DNA from: Eledone cirrhosa
Lineage: Eukaryota
DNA: 64,000 bases
NCBI GenBank assembly: GCA_964016885.1
Contig: OZ024751.1
Location: forward strand, 9,858,001-9,922,000
Direction: 5' to 3'
Shown here: positions 62,517 to 64,000 of the stretch, piece by piece
Layout: each line of letters starts with the position of its first letter
Position numbering within the stretch: position 1 is the first letter of the stretch
Made by a program: the position numbers and the translations under genes
Notes under the pieces: model-generated
Seen by the model: the letters and a program-made list of their open reading frames with translations, nothing else
Databases searched by the model: none
What the model was told of the DNA's origin: nothing

Positions 62517-64000
62517 TTGTTGGTGTTACTGTTGCTGGTGTTGTTGGTGTTACTGTTGTTGGTGTTGTTGGTGTTACTGTTGTTGGTGTTACTGTTGTTG
62601 TTGTTGTTGGTGTTACTGTTGTTGGTGTTGGTGTTGCTGTTGTTGGTATTGGTGTTACTGTTGTTGGTGTTGTTGTTGTTACTGTTGTTGGTGTTGTTGG
62701 TGTTACTGTTGTTGGTGTTGGTGTTGCTGTTGTTGGTATTGGTGTTACTGTTGTTGGTGTTGTTGGTGTTACTGTTGTTGTTGTTGGTGGTGTTACTGTT
62801 GTTGGTGTTGGTGTTGCTGTTGTTGGTATTGTTGGTGTTACTGTTGTTGGTGTTGGTGTTGCTGTTGTTGGTGTTGTTGGTGTTACTGTTGTAGGTGTTG
62901 TTGGTGTTACTGTTGTTCGTGTTGTTGGGGTTACTGTTGTTGGTGTTTCTGTTGTTGGTGTTGTTGGTGTTACTGTTGTTGGTGTTGTTGGTGTTACTGT
63001 TGTTGGTGTTGTTGGTGTTAATGTTGTTGGTGTTACTGTTGTTGTTGTTGTTGGTGTTACTTTTGTTGGTGTTGTTGGTGTTGGTGTTGGTGTTGCTGTT
63101 ATTGCTGTTGGTGTTGTTGGTGTTACTGTTGTTGTTGTTTTTGTTGTTATTGCTGTTGGTGTTGTTGGTGTTACTGTTGTTGGTGTTGTTGGTGTTACTG
63201 TTGTTGTTGGTGTTACTGTTGTTGTTGGTTTTGTTGTTATTGCTGTTGGTGTTGTTGGTGTTACTGTTGTTGGTGTTACTGTTGTTGTTGTTTTTTGTTG
63301 TTATTGCTGTTGGTGTTGTTGGTGTTACTGTTGTTGGTGTTGGTGTTACTGTTGTTGTTGTTGGTGTTACTTTTGTTGGTTTTGTTGGTGTTACTGTTGT
63401 TGGTGTTGGTGTTACTTTTGTTGGTTTTGTTGGTGTTACTGTTGTTGGTGTTGTTGGTGTTAATGTTGTTGTTGTTTTTGATGTTATTGCTGTTGATGTT
63501 GTTGGTGTTACTGTTATGGTTGTTTTTGTTGTTATTGCTGTTGGTGTTGTTGGTGTTACTGTTGTTGTTGTTTTTGTTGTTATTGCTCTTGGTGTTGTTT
63601 GTGTTACTGTTGTTGTTGTTTTTATTGTTATTGCTCTTGGTGTTGTTGGTGTTACTGTTGTTGTTGTTTTTGATGTTATTGCTGTTGGTTTTGTTGGTGT
63701 TACTGTTGTTGTTTTTGTTGTTATTGCTCTTGGTGTTGTTGGTGTTACTGTTGTTGTTGTTTTTGATGTTATTGCTGTTGGTGTTGTTGGTGTTACTGTT
63801 GTTGTTGTTTTTGTTGTTATTGCTGTTGGTGTTGTTGGTGTTACTATTTTTGTTGTTTTTGATGTTATTGCTGTTGGTGTTGTTGGTGTTACTGTTGTTG
63901 TTGTTTTTGTTGTTATTGCTGTTGGTGTTATTGGTGTTACTGTTGTTGTTTTTCTTGTTATTGCTGTTGGTGTTGTTGGTGTTACTGTTGTTGTTGTTTT
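13971..64000. repeat. Satellite array over 50 kb, consensus monomer GGTGTTACTGTTGTTGGTGTTGTT (24 bp) with 21-bp and 15-bp variants and higher-order structure; runs past the window end
   Basis: Uninterrupted GGT/GTT/ACT triplet mosaic; consensus is 22/24 G+T on the plus strand; rare variant words recur at fixed kb-scale offsets. Confidence 0.97.

Noticed and set aside
13950-62894. Dozens of long plus-strand ORFs (poly-L/V, VGVTVV, CCWCY)
   Set aside because: By-products of a G/T-only repeat that rarely forms stop codons. They are open in overlapping frames, switch frame at indels, mostly start at non-ATG codons, and show no domain.
13971-64000. CRISPR-like array or canonical telomere
   Set aside because: No unique spacers and no cas genes, and the context is eukaryotic. 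There are no TTAGGG runs, and kb-scale duplicated variant patterns indicate recombination rather than telomerase synthesis.

Overview
Eukaryotic, repeat-dominated animal DNA, probably from a cephalopod (inferred from an Octopus-type tRNA-derived SINE and abundant TA/TG/AAT microsatellites). I found no host gene. Bases 1-13.9 kb hold microsatellites, a SINE, and a head-to-tail stack of four same-strand R4/Dong-type restriction-like-endonuclease (RLE) non-LTR retrotransposons from two families, each followed by an (AAT)n tract. The stack comprises one copy with an intact 1130-aa ORF, two 5'-truncated copies of a second family sharing one nonsense codon, and one old 3' fragment. An antisense L1/Tx1-type LINE fragment ends tail-to-tail in the last AAT tract. 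The two R4/Dong families share a 3' stem-loop with covarying base pairs. From about 13,970 to the window end (over 50 kb) lies a strand-asymmetric GTT-derived satellite (24-bp consensus GGTGTTACTGTTGTTGGTGTTGTT, with 21- and 15-bp variants). It has nested higher-order duplications (2.2, 3.15, 3.9, 4.7 and about 20-23 kb) and the same divergent monomer type at its left edge and at the window end. Its minus strand reads as a mucin-like TTPTTVTP repeat, but recurrent frameshifts argue against a continuous ORF.
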